Origin: Chrysomallon squamiferum
Lineage: Eukaryota; Animalia; Mollusca
NCBI GenBank assembly: GCA_012295275.1
Contig: CM022671.1
Span: forward strand, 31,930,001-31,994,000
Direction: 5' to 3'
DNA: 64,000 nucleotides
The position numbers were made by a program, and so were the translations under genes. Shown here piece by piece: positions 12,401 through 24,000 of the stretch. Below the pieces are notes generated by a model. It was not told where the DNA came from, did no database searches, and saw only the letters and a program-made list of their open reading frames with translations. The number at the start of each line of letters is the position of its first letter. The first letter of the stretch is position 1.

Positions 12401-15400
12401 AAAAAAAATGTATTAATCAGTTCAAGAAGTCCTGTTCTCAAATGTAACATTTATATTTACTTGTTTAATTATAAATGATTCATGTTGCCTTATTTCTCCA
12501 GTTTTCTTTTTCAGGAACTCTTCCAAATTCTGAAGATGTTATTTCATTTTATAGTGTTGGCATGGCAACAAGTCACCTGATACAAAATCTTACACTTGTC
12601 AGTGGACAAATCTACTATGTCACTGTCAAAGGTTTATAATTTGCATCCAGATTTTCAAATAATACTAAAAATTCTTTTCATGATTTTCAATGCTGCTTTA
12701 ATAAACAAATTTTGTATTTTAGAAAGACAATTCATTCATTTACAAAAAATCTTTGATTCACACTTAAATTAAAATTTATTTTCTTTGTTTTTTTTAAATA
12801 ATTATTTTGACTTATAAAAATCATAGGAGTTAAAACTTCAGAAATTAATATTTATTTAATCTTATTATTTTAGCAGATGGTTGCTCACTATATCTATGAT
12901 TCTCTATCTAAATTAAAATGTTTGCTTGTTTCGTTCATATTTTTATTATTATTATTATTATTACTTTTTTTTATCTTTTTTTTTACCCATATCACTGTGT
13001 TAATAATAAAATATTAAAACTATGAATTACCTTTCTCCAGCATCTGACTACCTTGGACACACATCATCTTCTGTCTCTGAAGGTGTTTTGGTAGATACAA
13101 CACCTCCTGTTCCAGGTAAAGTAGATATAGAGGGACTTCTCTTCCATCAGCATTTTCTACCATGGAATGAATTTACAATACAGTGGCATGGTTTTGAAGA
13201 CCTAGAAAGTGGTCTGGTTGATGTTAGACTGGATATTGGTTCTGTTGATCATAAATACGATGTAACTGTTTTGAAGAAGTACACTGACAATTTTGCTCAT
13301 ATTAGTGAATCAGAATTTACTGATGGACATCAGTATCAGATTAGATTTGAGGTGAGGAACTGTTTGTTTTGTTTATTTCTTTGTTTGTTTCATTTATGTA
13401 TTTCTTTGTTTGTTTAATTATTTATTTATTTTAATAATTTATTTAGTAAATTAGTCACTTATTATGTTTACCTTTTTTATCAAATTATTTATCTATTTAT
13501 TTATTTCATTTATTTATTGCTTTATTTTCTTAATTTATTCATGTTTTTATTAGTTAAAAAATTATTCTAATCTTTTATTTGTTTAGTGATTACATATTTC
13601 ATTTATTTATTTTAAAACTTTACATTCATGATTTTCATGCTAGAAAAATCAATATATTTTATTTATATAACAGGTCTTTAAGAAGGACATGCATAATATC
13701 CATTTATATAATGTTATAATGAAATTTTACTTAGAATATTATTATTATGGTTTTTTTAATTATTATTATTTCTATTATTATTGTTATTGTTTTTATTAAT
13801 ATTATATTACTGCTATTATCATTATTATCACTACCACTATTATTGTTATTATGTTTATTATTGCTATTATTAATATTATTATCACCATCAGTACTATTAT
13901 TATTGCTGTTGTTATTATTATTATTATTATATGGAGCATAATATAACTATAGACGACTGTTTTGTTCAGACAGTTCTTCTTTACCCTGTTGATAATTATA
14001 GTTCATTCGTATATCAGTATTCCTCTAAAATTATGTCTGATACTCATTTTCAGGTAACTAATCAAGCAGGATTATCTACAGTTCAACATACAGTTCCATT
14101 TGTCATTGACACTTCACCCCCTGACACTGGTGTTGTCAGAGATGGTCGTCAAAGTGAGAAGGTATTTAACTGCGATTTTTAGTGTATTTCAACATGCTAA
14201 TGATTATTAACTGCAATTTGTTGATCTCACAATGGAAACCAGCTTCTACGGAAAATGTTTAGTTTACTTCTTGCTGATCAACATAAAAGAATTTATACAT
14301 ATACATTTTATTTATTTAGGTAGAAAGATTTGGAAATTTCTTTCATTTGTTTAACCTAAGTCTTGTTAAGAGAGTATCACAGAAAAAAAATTATTATCTA
14401 AAATAAAATATAAAACAATATTGATATTAATAGGATATAGATTACCAGTCAAATCTGACCACCTATCACTGTCACTGGTCGGGATTCAGAGATGCTCATT
14501 CAGGTATTGCTGGCTACCAGGTGGCTCTTGGTTCAAATCCACTTGATGATGATGTGGCACCTTTAGTGTCTGTTGGCCTCCGTACAAGTAAGCATACGAG
14601 TGATTTAATCTACCACCTCCTGTTTTATAGTTTTACAATTTTTAATTTATTTATTTGTTTGTTTGTTTTATTTATCTGATGGTTTTAGTTTCTTATTTAA
14701 CATTTTTATATATTTATTTATTCATCCATTCATTTATTTAGTTCTTTTAGTTACTTATTCACTTATGTCTTATTTGTATACTCATTTTTCTTCATTCAAT
14801 TTATTTCTATTTTTGAGTTACAATATGAATGCTTATTTCTTTTTTGTTTATTTATTTATTTATTTATTTAATGTTTTATTTATTATAGACTTCACATGGA
14901 CAATGTCATTTACTCCTGGTAAGAAATACTATGTAAAAGTTAAAGCTTGTAACCAGGCGGGTCTGTGTACGGAGACATCGTCAGATGGACTCCTCATGGA
15001 CAACACACCACCTTTATCAGGTCAAGTGTTTGCTGCATACAAACAAAATCACCAGCACTACGTCAGTCAAAGGTAAAACTACATATTTCCTAATAACATA
15101 TCCGAGTATCAGATTGAAAATGTTCAACTGATGTGCATGAAACAGTTATGTGGGGTTCTTTATATATATTATAAAAGTAGTAGTAGTTATGGTAGTGGAG
15201 ATAATTGTTGTTATAATAGTAGTAGTAGTTGTTGTTGCAGTAGTAGTTGTAGCAGTACTTAGTACTAGTATTAATATTTATAGTAGCATGATGTAGGTAG
15301 TAGCAGTAATGCTGGTGGTAGAGATGTAGTAGCAGCTGCAGTAGTAGTAATATAGCTATGTCAATGCTGTCAGTTTAATGTTGATAATAACAACATAATA

Positions 15401-18400
15401 CCAACAACAACAAAATAATATTAACAGCAATGTGAAGAACAATAGTGTTATAATAATACTTAATAATAAGAGTAGAATTCTTATAAAAGGAAAACAACAA
15501 TTAATGAAAAGAAATTAATTTAGAATCTGCATTACTGCATTTACACCGAGATAAAATAAGAAGGAAAAAAATGTCTCATAATTAGATTTAACTATAATTT
15601 CCTTTTATTTTTTCTTCTTTTTTTATATTTTATTTTTCTTATTTTTATTTTTTTCTTCAATTTTTTTTTCTCTGCAGATCTTCACTCTCAGGCCACTGGC
15701 AAGGATTTGAAGATCCAGAATCAGAAATTAAACACTTTGAATGGTGTCTCGGTTATCAACCCTATCAATGTAATCTGACATCTTTTGAAAACACACAGCT
15801 GTCAGATACATTTCTAAAAACTGGACTTCAGTTACCAGTTTCTGTTCCTCTGCACATCACTGTGAGAGCAACAAACAATGCTGGCTTACAGTCTGTGTCA
15901 ACATCTGATGCTTTCATTGTAGACAACACCACACCTCAAGTAATACAACGTCCACACTTTGTAGCTCCTAATTTAGACCAAACACAAAATACTTCTGTAC
16001 AGTCAGATATTTCTTTACTGCATGTAGCCTGGAGGTTTGATGACAGGGAAAGTCCAGTTGTAAAACACATTCTTACATTAAAAACACACCATGAGAGTAA
16101 AGTTTCATTAGAGAGAAAAGAGATAGGAGCAGAACATGAACAGATATTAACATTCAGCAAAACCAACCAACTCAAAAGTGGTGATGTTTATTCCTTGTCA
16201 GTTACTGGTTGCAACCAGGCAGGTTTGTGCACTACAGCTCACAGTGAAGATCTGTTAATAGACTCCACTCCTCCTCAGCTGGGTGGATTCAAGAACCCAC
16301 TGACATGGGAACATGTACAAAGTAAAAATAAGACCCTGACACAGGTTAATTTAACATGGTATGGTTTTTCTGATTCTGAATCAAAAATCACTCAGTATCA
16401 TCTAACAGTGAGCAGATCTTATGATGGATCTGAACTGTCACAGGGAATAACACATATATCACCGTCATTCAGTTCTGAAGACCAGTCAGTCTCTGTTTTA
16501 CTTTCTGACCAACTAAAAAATGGTGAAAACATTATTCTCTCAATCCGTGCTGAAAATGCTGTGGGTTTAATAACAGAGTTTAGTAAACTAACTGTCACGG
16601 TTATTGCTTCAGATCAGGAAGCAGATAAAGGTTTACTGGAGATTCAGAGACATTCCTGTGACATCCATTACTGCTCTAAGGACTGTACGTGTGCCATTGT
16701 TGGCAGAACCTGTGAACAAACAGATGTCCTAGAGCCGTGTGTAAACATACAACTGCTGACAGACACTGACAAATACCCAGAAATAAAGATCAGCAGTCTT
16801 CTTAAAACTGATGGCAGTCGATACTATACCACATCAACTTCCTGTCTTTCAGCAAACTGGGAACTTGAAGCGACTGCTCTTCCCAACATAAAAAGATTTC
16901 AGTGGAGCATGGGACTAAAAGGTCATGAAGAGGGTGATGGGATATTTGATTTGAGGACAGAAAGAATTTGGCATAGCACAGGAAAACTGCACAATATCAC
17001 CTACTGCTTGCCTCCTGATAGGCACCTCAGTGATGGAGAAGAATATGTTGTCTATGTTAGAGTATGGTATTCTTTTACAGAGTTCAAACAGTTTGAATCT
17101 TCACCTGTTTTAGTTGACTCTACGCCACCAAAGATAAGACGTGGAAAGGCAGTGAAAGATTCAGATGCAACATGCAGCAGTGACTATGACTTTGTCACTA
17201 AAAAAACCCAGTTAACGGCTTGCTGGAATGATGTGTTCCAAGATTCTCAGAGTGGAATAGAGTTCTATATGTTTCAAATGGGTTCCAGCCCTTATGGTAT
17301 ATCTTATTATTCTGGCTCATGCCCTTATGGGCATTTCTTATTGTTTGATAGTTACTTTTGATCACAAATTTAATTTTAAATAATTTTTTATCCAAATTAT
17401 CCAGTTAAATAATTTTTCTCTTACCTAAAATTATTAAAGTGTAATTAACTTTAAACAAAAAAAAAAAAAAAACAAAATCAGACAAATCAGTTCATTTTAA
17501 TCAAATTATTTTGATACTATTACAGTAATCAGTTTAGACATACTTATTTATAATATTATTTCTTAAAATCTTTCAGGATCTGATGTGATAAAGCCAACAA
17601 GTGTTGGAAGAAATACAAATTATTCCATTTCTCAGAAGCTGCTTAAACCAGGCATCAGATACTACACAACAGTCAAAGCTCTCAATACAGCTGGTCTCTC
17701 TGGAGTTGCTTTCTCTGATGGAGTTGTTGTAGATGATGAAGTTCCACTTGCTGGAGTTGTCTTCAACACTGCAGAGCATGTCAACAAGGTATCTCAGTCA
17801 TCAACATCAACATTTGGGCTCTCCTGGCGTGGATTTCAAGACCGCCATTCAGCTATAGTCAGTTACAGAGTAGCAGTTTACAAAACCACAGACATTCTCT
17901 CACAGCTTGCTCAGATTAGTGTAGGCTTTCAAAACAAGGTAGTTATTAATAATTTGTCCCTTGTTCAAGGTGAGAAATATCAGGCTTCGGTAACTGCAGT
18001 TGACTTGACAGGACATCACAGTGCTGCGGTGATGTCTCCTGCTGTACTCATTGATTCGACTCCACCCACTGGTTTTGAATGTCTGAAATTTTCTGATAAA
18101 ACCTCCAATATATCATGGAACAATAACAGCATAGTCGGAGACAATCCTGAAAATATCCTTAAAGCCTCAATTGATGTAAAAGAAAAAATGTATTTAAAAA
18201 TTTCTGTCACAAAATCAATACAGACTAAATATTTATTTCCAGAAACAAACATTTTCTTTCAAGTTGATGATGAATGTATTCCCACAAAATTCATATTAAC
18301 TGATAACAAAACAAAAGCTGAAGCCCATTATTATTTCCTCACGTCACGATCTGGAATTCTAAACCTTCAGATAATGACGGACAAAACTAACTTTATATCT

Positions 18401-20323
18401 GAAAATGATGTAACCATTCATTCCTGTAATGAAACAAAAGAGGTTGACGGTGCCAGAGCTTTAACCATTCAGCAGATATCTCCATCTCTCCTGCTGGTCA
18501 GTGCTCGTGTGTCTGATCCTGAAACTGAACAAAACTAATTAAGATTGGAGTAGGAACAACAAGAGGAGGATTTCAAATACAGCCCCTGAAGCCAACTTTT
18601 CTTCATTTCCACGAACTCGTAGAAGCTGAAGTGCCTCATGGCACCCGAATTTTTGTCACTGTAACTGCTGAAAATTCTGCACAGTTGGTGTCAGTGTTTC
18701 AATCAGATGTTTTAATTATTGACCACACACCACCAGTAATTACTAAAGCAACAGCAAATCTGGTCTATTATTCTGAAAGAAGTGTTGAGAGAGTTGTTGT
18801 CAAGGTATCGTGGAGTGTAGAGGACAAAGAAAGTGGCTTGAAATCTTGTTGGTGTGCACTGGGTAAGTAAATGTTTGTTTAACAAGAAACTTCAAATATT
18901 CTGTGAAATAATTACAGACTGCATTGCTATGATTATTAAAGCAGCAAATAAACTTTCCAAAGACTAATGTATTGTACATTTAAAGAAGCTATAATGTTTT
19001 ATTAATAATTATGCCTTCATAAATGTTTTAAATTCTGAATTAGTATATTGTAATCAATCAAAACTAATCACAATATTTTTGTTTTATGGAAACTAATATA
19101 TTTATTCAAAAGATAAATTAAGTATATATTTATCTCTGACATCTTTTAATATGAGAATTACTGTGTCACCTTATTCTAAAAATATACTTACAGGTGTGTA
19201 AAAAATTAATTTTGGTTAAGGTAGTTTAAATGATTTTTTTTTTTTTTTTGTTTTAATTATATTAATTCATAATCTCAACTCTGGGATATCTCATGATTTA
19301 ACACATGATTTTAATCTGCAGGACACAGTCCTATGTCTGAACACATACAACCATGGACACTCTCTACTTACCTTACAAGATGTAGCTTGGTCCTCCCCAA
19401 TCCTTATCATCGTGAAAAGATTTATGCCAGTGTTGAGTGTTTTAACCAGATTGAGCTGCACTCCTCAGCATCAGTTGGTCCTCACACAGTGTTACTTCAG
19501 CCCCAGTCATCACTGGATGGGAAAGTCATGTTTCTGCAGGCAAATCAAAGATCTGGTCCTGCAGTAAGTCTTCCAGTTCAGACTGATACATCACGACTCC
19601 AAGTGACCTGGTCAAGGCTGGGCGACGACAGCAACACTAAAACTTTCCTCTACCGCATCACTGCAGGAAAAGATCCAGTGACAAAATGGACAAACACAAG
19701 CTGCAACTACATTGATGTGAATTTAGCTCTGACCAGTGGTGTCACATACACAGCCGAAGTTGTTGCAGTAGATTCTCGAGAGCTGAAGAGCGAAGTTGTG
19801 TCTGGTTCTGTTGTTGTAGATAGCCGTCCACCACAGCTTACAGGTTACTGTTATTATATTTCAACAGTTTCAGCATAGTGCATACAAACAAAATACACAT
19901 ATAAAGTAGTGCCTATGGTTCAAAGTTTGTCTTTATATAATTATTGTTGCAGTTTTAGGATTAAACAATTAAAAATATTTAATATATATATATATGTATG
20001 TATGTAATTTTGTTTCAATTGTTTATAAATTTATTAAATTAAACTTTGTATTTTTAGGTTCATCTGCTAACATACACTGGAAGGGGACTACAGTTCATCT
20101 GGACTGGGGTGCAGTATTTTCTCACCCTCGATCAGCCTTGGTCTACAATGTTGCTGTTGGATCCAGAAATGGCTACTCTGATTTATTTCGTGTTGCAGAG
20201 ACTGATGTATCAACAGCTGATTTTCCTGTGACATCATCAGTCACATCACTGAATATGATCATCACAGCAACAGCAGACAATGGACAATGTGTTAGATACA
20301 TTTCATCCAAAAAAAGAAACTAA
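4534..20323 (+). CDS. Gene A: giant (~3,200 aa) probably secreted EGF-like + FN3/Ig-like DxTPP-repeat protein, 16 exons, 1-bp frameshift near 18527
   Basis: Exons joined with GT-AG sites and consistent phases; CDS totals 9611 nt, i.e. 3204 codons if one base is restored; many NxS/T sites; no C-terminal TM segment. Confidence 0.85.
5467..5742 (+). CDS. Gene A exon 2
   Basis: Acceptor atccag, ORF VPDLMTCN...EMVN, donor GTACAG; phase 1-1. Confidence 0.75.
6456..6594 (+). CDS. Gene A exon 3 (not in ORF track)
   Basis: GKHRTVNTINLKGGGDCSEHINNRNPSTLLECSFSLNISQNLQNGE; supplies the phase 1 to phase 2 bridge needed between exons 2 and 4. Confidence 0.75.
6816..7992 (+). CDS. Gene A exon 4
   Basis: Acceptor ttccag, long ORF with Ig/FN3-like repeats, donor GTAAGT. 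Confidence 0.9.
8242..9439 (+). CDS. Gene A exon 5
   Basis: Acceptor cttttag, DASPPVAG and DHESGI repeats, donor GTAAGA. Confidence 0.9.
9706..11084 (+). CDS. Gene A exon 6
   Basis: Acceptor ttccag, long ORF, donor GTAATT. Confidence 0.9.
11375..12083 (+). CDS. Gene A exon 7
   Basis: Acceptor ttgttag, DDDPPEPG repeat, donor GTAAGA. Confidence 0.85.
12515..12631 (+). CDS. Gene A exon 8
   Basis: GTLPNSEDVISFYSVG...GQIYYVTVK continues the repeat; phase 1-1. Confidence 0.85.
13041..13351 (+). CDS. Gene A exon 9
   Basis: DTTPPVPG...WHGFEDLESG; donor GTGAGG. Confidence 0.85.
14054..14161 (+). CDS. Gene A exon 10
   Basis: VTNQAGLS...DTSPPDTGVVRDG; phase 0-0. Confidence 0.85.
14434..14587 (+). 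CDS. Gene A exon 11
   Basis: DIDYQSN...WSGFRDAHSGIAGYQVALG; donor GTAAGC. Confidence 0.85.
14889..15072 (+). CDS. Gene A exon 12
   Basis: GKKYYVKVKACNQAGLC...DNTPP; donor GTAAAA. Confidence 0.85.
15678..17296 (+). CDS. Gene A exon 13
   Basis: Acceptor ctctgcag, multiple repeats and a Cys cluster (CDIHYCSKDCTC). Confidence 0.9.
17577..18862 (+). CDS. Gene A exon 14 (contains 1-bp frameshift near 18527)
   Basis: Two abutting ORFs in different frames (DPET.. / TKLIKIGVGTTRGGFQI); donor GTAAGT. Confidence 0.8.
19322..19843 (+). CDS. Gene A exon 15
   Basis: Acceptor tctgcag, ORF to DSRPPQLT; phase 1-1. Confidence 0.85.
20058..20323 (+). CDS. Gene A terminal exon 16
   Basis: Acceptor tttttag, final FN3-like repeat, TAA stop, AATAAA near 20467. 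Confidence 0.85.
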
Positions 20324-20490
20324 GTGGATAATTGTGAGAAACAGCATCTGAGAATATTTTAATCTCTCAAATTACACTACATTATTTTTTATTTTTTTTT
20401 TTTTTTGGTTTGTTTGTTTGTGAGTTTGGAGGGGTTTTTTTTTTTTTTTTTTTTTGGTAGACTATTAATAAAATAAAGAAGCAGAATTCT

Positions 20491-21006
20491 GTGTTTTGTG
20501 TGGCATAAATTAACAATATGTTTATACTAACTTAAATCATTTGTTTTATTATTTACAAGTATTCATTTATAATTGTATCCAGATAATTAATCTTCTAAAA
20601 TAATAATATTATAATTTGCATATATATAAAGTAGAAAATAAATACAGATAAATAGACTTATTTTTATTTTTAAATTAATTGTTTATTATTATTTTAATTA
20701 TTGCTTTTTGTACATAACCGAATCACAAAATGTGTGTTAGTGACAAATTATATCACTTAGTAACATTGTTCTGGGAATGTTTTGTTTTGTGTGCCATAAA
20801 TTAACAAAACTTCTATTTTGACTATTATTTATTATTTACAAATACAGATTTATAACTGTATCCAAGTATTAATGTTCTTGAACAGTAATATTATAATTTA
20901 TATAGAAAATAAATATGGATGAATAGATTTGTTTTTCTTATTTTTAAATTTATTTTTTATAATTATTGTTATAATTAATTTTGTGTTCATTTAATAATTG
21001 AATCAC
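20491..21006. repeat. Diverged ~290-bp tandem duplication downstream of gene A
   Basis: TGTTTTGTGTG(G/C)CATAAATTAACAA...TTTATAA(T/C)TGTATCC...GAATCAC occurs twice (~20491 and ~20783). Confidence 0.7.
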
Positions 21007-24000
21007 TGAATCACATCAAAAGGTATGAAAAGGAATGAGAATTTTAAAGAATATATTCTGTAATTTTTGCTTTCAAGGCCAATTTATTATCATTACAAAT
21101 TTGATTATCTGAATCCAAATTTCTAAAAGGAACGTGGATACAAAATTTGAAGAATTGTGTCAAAGGAGAACATTTTTCAGAGAACATGGAAAAGGACAAC
21201 CCAAAAAACTGAATAAATAATATGAAATAATATTAATGAAATATAGTAGAAAGGAAACTGAAAGAACTAAAATGGAAATAAAATTTTAAGATATTAGGCT
21301 GAAAATAAAATTGAAACACGGAATATATCAAAAATAACATGAAAAATAAAAAATAAAACTGATATGCGGTTAAAAGAAGTAAAATTGAGGAATTTAAACA
21401 ACTAAGTTTTAAAACGATAACATTATTGAAAACGATAACATGAAAATAAAAATGTTAAATTTTAAATGTAAAAAATATTAAATATTTAAGAAAATAAATC
21501 AAAAATATTGTGACATTTATAGAATTGATGAATTTTGTTCAAGGAAATAATATGAAACATGTGACATTTAAAAACAAAAATAAAATTCAAAACAAAATTC
21601 AATAAACAGAAAGATTAAAATAAGTATAATGGAAATAAAATAAGAGATAAATAAAAGTCAAAAACTAAAAATAAAATATTAAGTATGTATAATCTAATTC
21701 GAATTTTAAAAAGGTAATTTGTCAGAGAGTTAAACAAAATACATTTAAAGATAAAACAAAATATTTAAATAACACAAAAGAAAATTAAGATTTACTGACT
21801 TACTGGTAGATGATGATTTTGGTGTATCTATATAGCTATCTTTAAATGCAGTGATTGTCTGAAAGGACCTAACCTTTTATAATCACTATCTTGAAAACTA
21901 ATACATTTTCAGTATATTCAATATTACAAATTTTATATTAAAAAAAAAAAATTAAAAAAAATTAAATGGTTTATAATAATAATAACTGTTTCTCCATTAC
22001 ACATTTAAAACATTGTTAAATAAAGATATAATACTGCCTCCTAGTTTTCAAAATACTTATATCAAATCAAATCAAGCCTCTATTATACTCACATGATTTT
22101 GATAGATTCAGCGTTGTGATTAAAAGAAAGCTTCGTATGTTCTCTGTAATCATCAACAATATTATTTAAGTTTCTTGGATTTTTTTTTTTTTTTTTTTTT
22201 TTTGAAAACATACACGAGTTGTAAAATTCTTTATTTTAACAAAAAAGAAAAAAGTAAAAACAGAAAAGAAAAAATAACAAGAATAACGAAGAAAACAGAA
22301 ATTAAACACACATCAAGATGCAAATATTACTAAAATAAATTAAAATTATTTACGACTGAAAAAAATTATAATAATAAAAACAAAATCTGTTTTGTAGAAA
22401 CACGACTGATACTTCTAAGTCTGATTCCACTTAGTGGTTCACTGAGCTATATGCCAGTCTAACCAAATTACTTGAACCTCAGAATCCGTGATATATGCTA
22501 TCCTATCCTAAAATGTAAATAAAAGATCTCATCTTGATAATGGAAAAATGTAGCATGTTTAGTCTGAAGGCTATGACAAAAGAACCATACTGTAGACACG
22601 ATACAGCTGATGGACATTCAATCAATGCTGTCATTAAATACGAGAATATTAACAGCTGTTTATATGATATCGAACATTTGGCAGTTTGACATACAAAGGA
22701 AATTCGATTTGCCGTTTACATCAAGCGATACTTATAATCTTTTCTCCAGTGTGTCACTCCTGAAGCATTGGTTAGAACGGAAATAGCGCTTTAAATAAAT
22801 ACAACAACAAGAAGAAGAAATGGGAGAAGAAGAAGAACAACAACAACAACAATAATAATAACAGCAATAACAACAACAAAAAAGAACAATAATAATAATA
22901 ACAATAACACTATTAATAATACTAGTAAAAGCATGGACCAACAGGAACGATAACTCGTAACGGCACAAATTACGTCACGGAAAAAAGCCGATTTAATGGT
23001 AAAAAACAACTCCTAAATGTTCTTTTCTGCTATGTTCTGAAAGCGGGAACATTGACAACAACAAAAGTTAATACATTAATCTTATTCCACATTATAGTTT
23101 CAGTTTATTATGAACGCATTTACACAAAAATAATCCAGTTTGAAAAGTTTGCTCATGTTGAAAAAGTAGTTAGAAAAGGCTCCTGACATCATGGATTGGT
23201 AATATGAACAACCATCCTTACCTTTATCAATGTAAATCATAAAAAGTTATGAAAAATGGACGCAAAATAATTTAATTTGGAAGTTCAAAAATGTCCGTGA
23301 GTTCACGGAAACTTCCGTTAATATTTAAGTGTTTATATTATCATGTTAGCTCTTTATTTAAAATACATTGTATATTATATATCTCTTTTTATTTTCACTA
23401 AAATTGTTTACTTTTAAAAAAAAAAAATATTTATTTTATTTGTTTTAAATGTTATATAAGATTTTACTAATTTTTTAATTTTCTATGCTTGTTAAAATGC
23501 AAAGTAACTTTCTTTTTGAACTTTATTGACTGGATAGTGGTTAATACCATGTTTTTGAAAAGTCGCTAAAGGTTTTTACACACAACCATTTGCATCCAAA
23601 ATATCAATATCGTAGTACTTGACTGACTCGGATAAATTGGTGTCCTGGTTCAAATCCTGTTAGTGGTGGTTGTGTATATTTTATAAAAACTGGGTGAATG
23701 GTCTGATTTTGAATAAAGGATGAATATTTTGATTTCGAAGTGATTTGTTAAATTAAAAACTGTTTATAATGAGCTGATACCACAGTCATTTAAAATCAAA
23801 ATAAGTTGCTATTTTGTATTACAGATTTTACCGATGTAATTAGTTTACACCATTGCTTCTTTTATTTATTTGTTTATTTTATATATCAGTCTAAAATCAA
23901 CTTACAAAGCCTGTGATTAGTTCATTTATTTTTGCTAAAAATCAAAGTTTGCCTTGCATTTGTGTGTTGTGTGTCATATATGATCAAAATGTATGTGTCT

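Noticed and set aside
23525-23670. tRNA gene suggested by TAGTGGTTAA and GGTTCAAATCC
   Set aside because: Box spacing too long and no cloverleaf found; at most a decayed tRNA-derived SINE head
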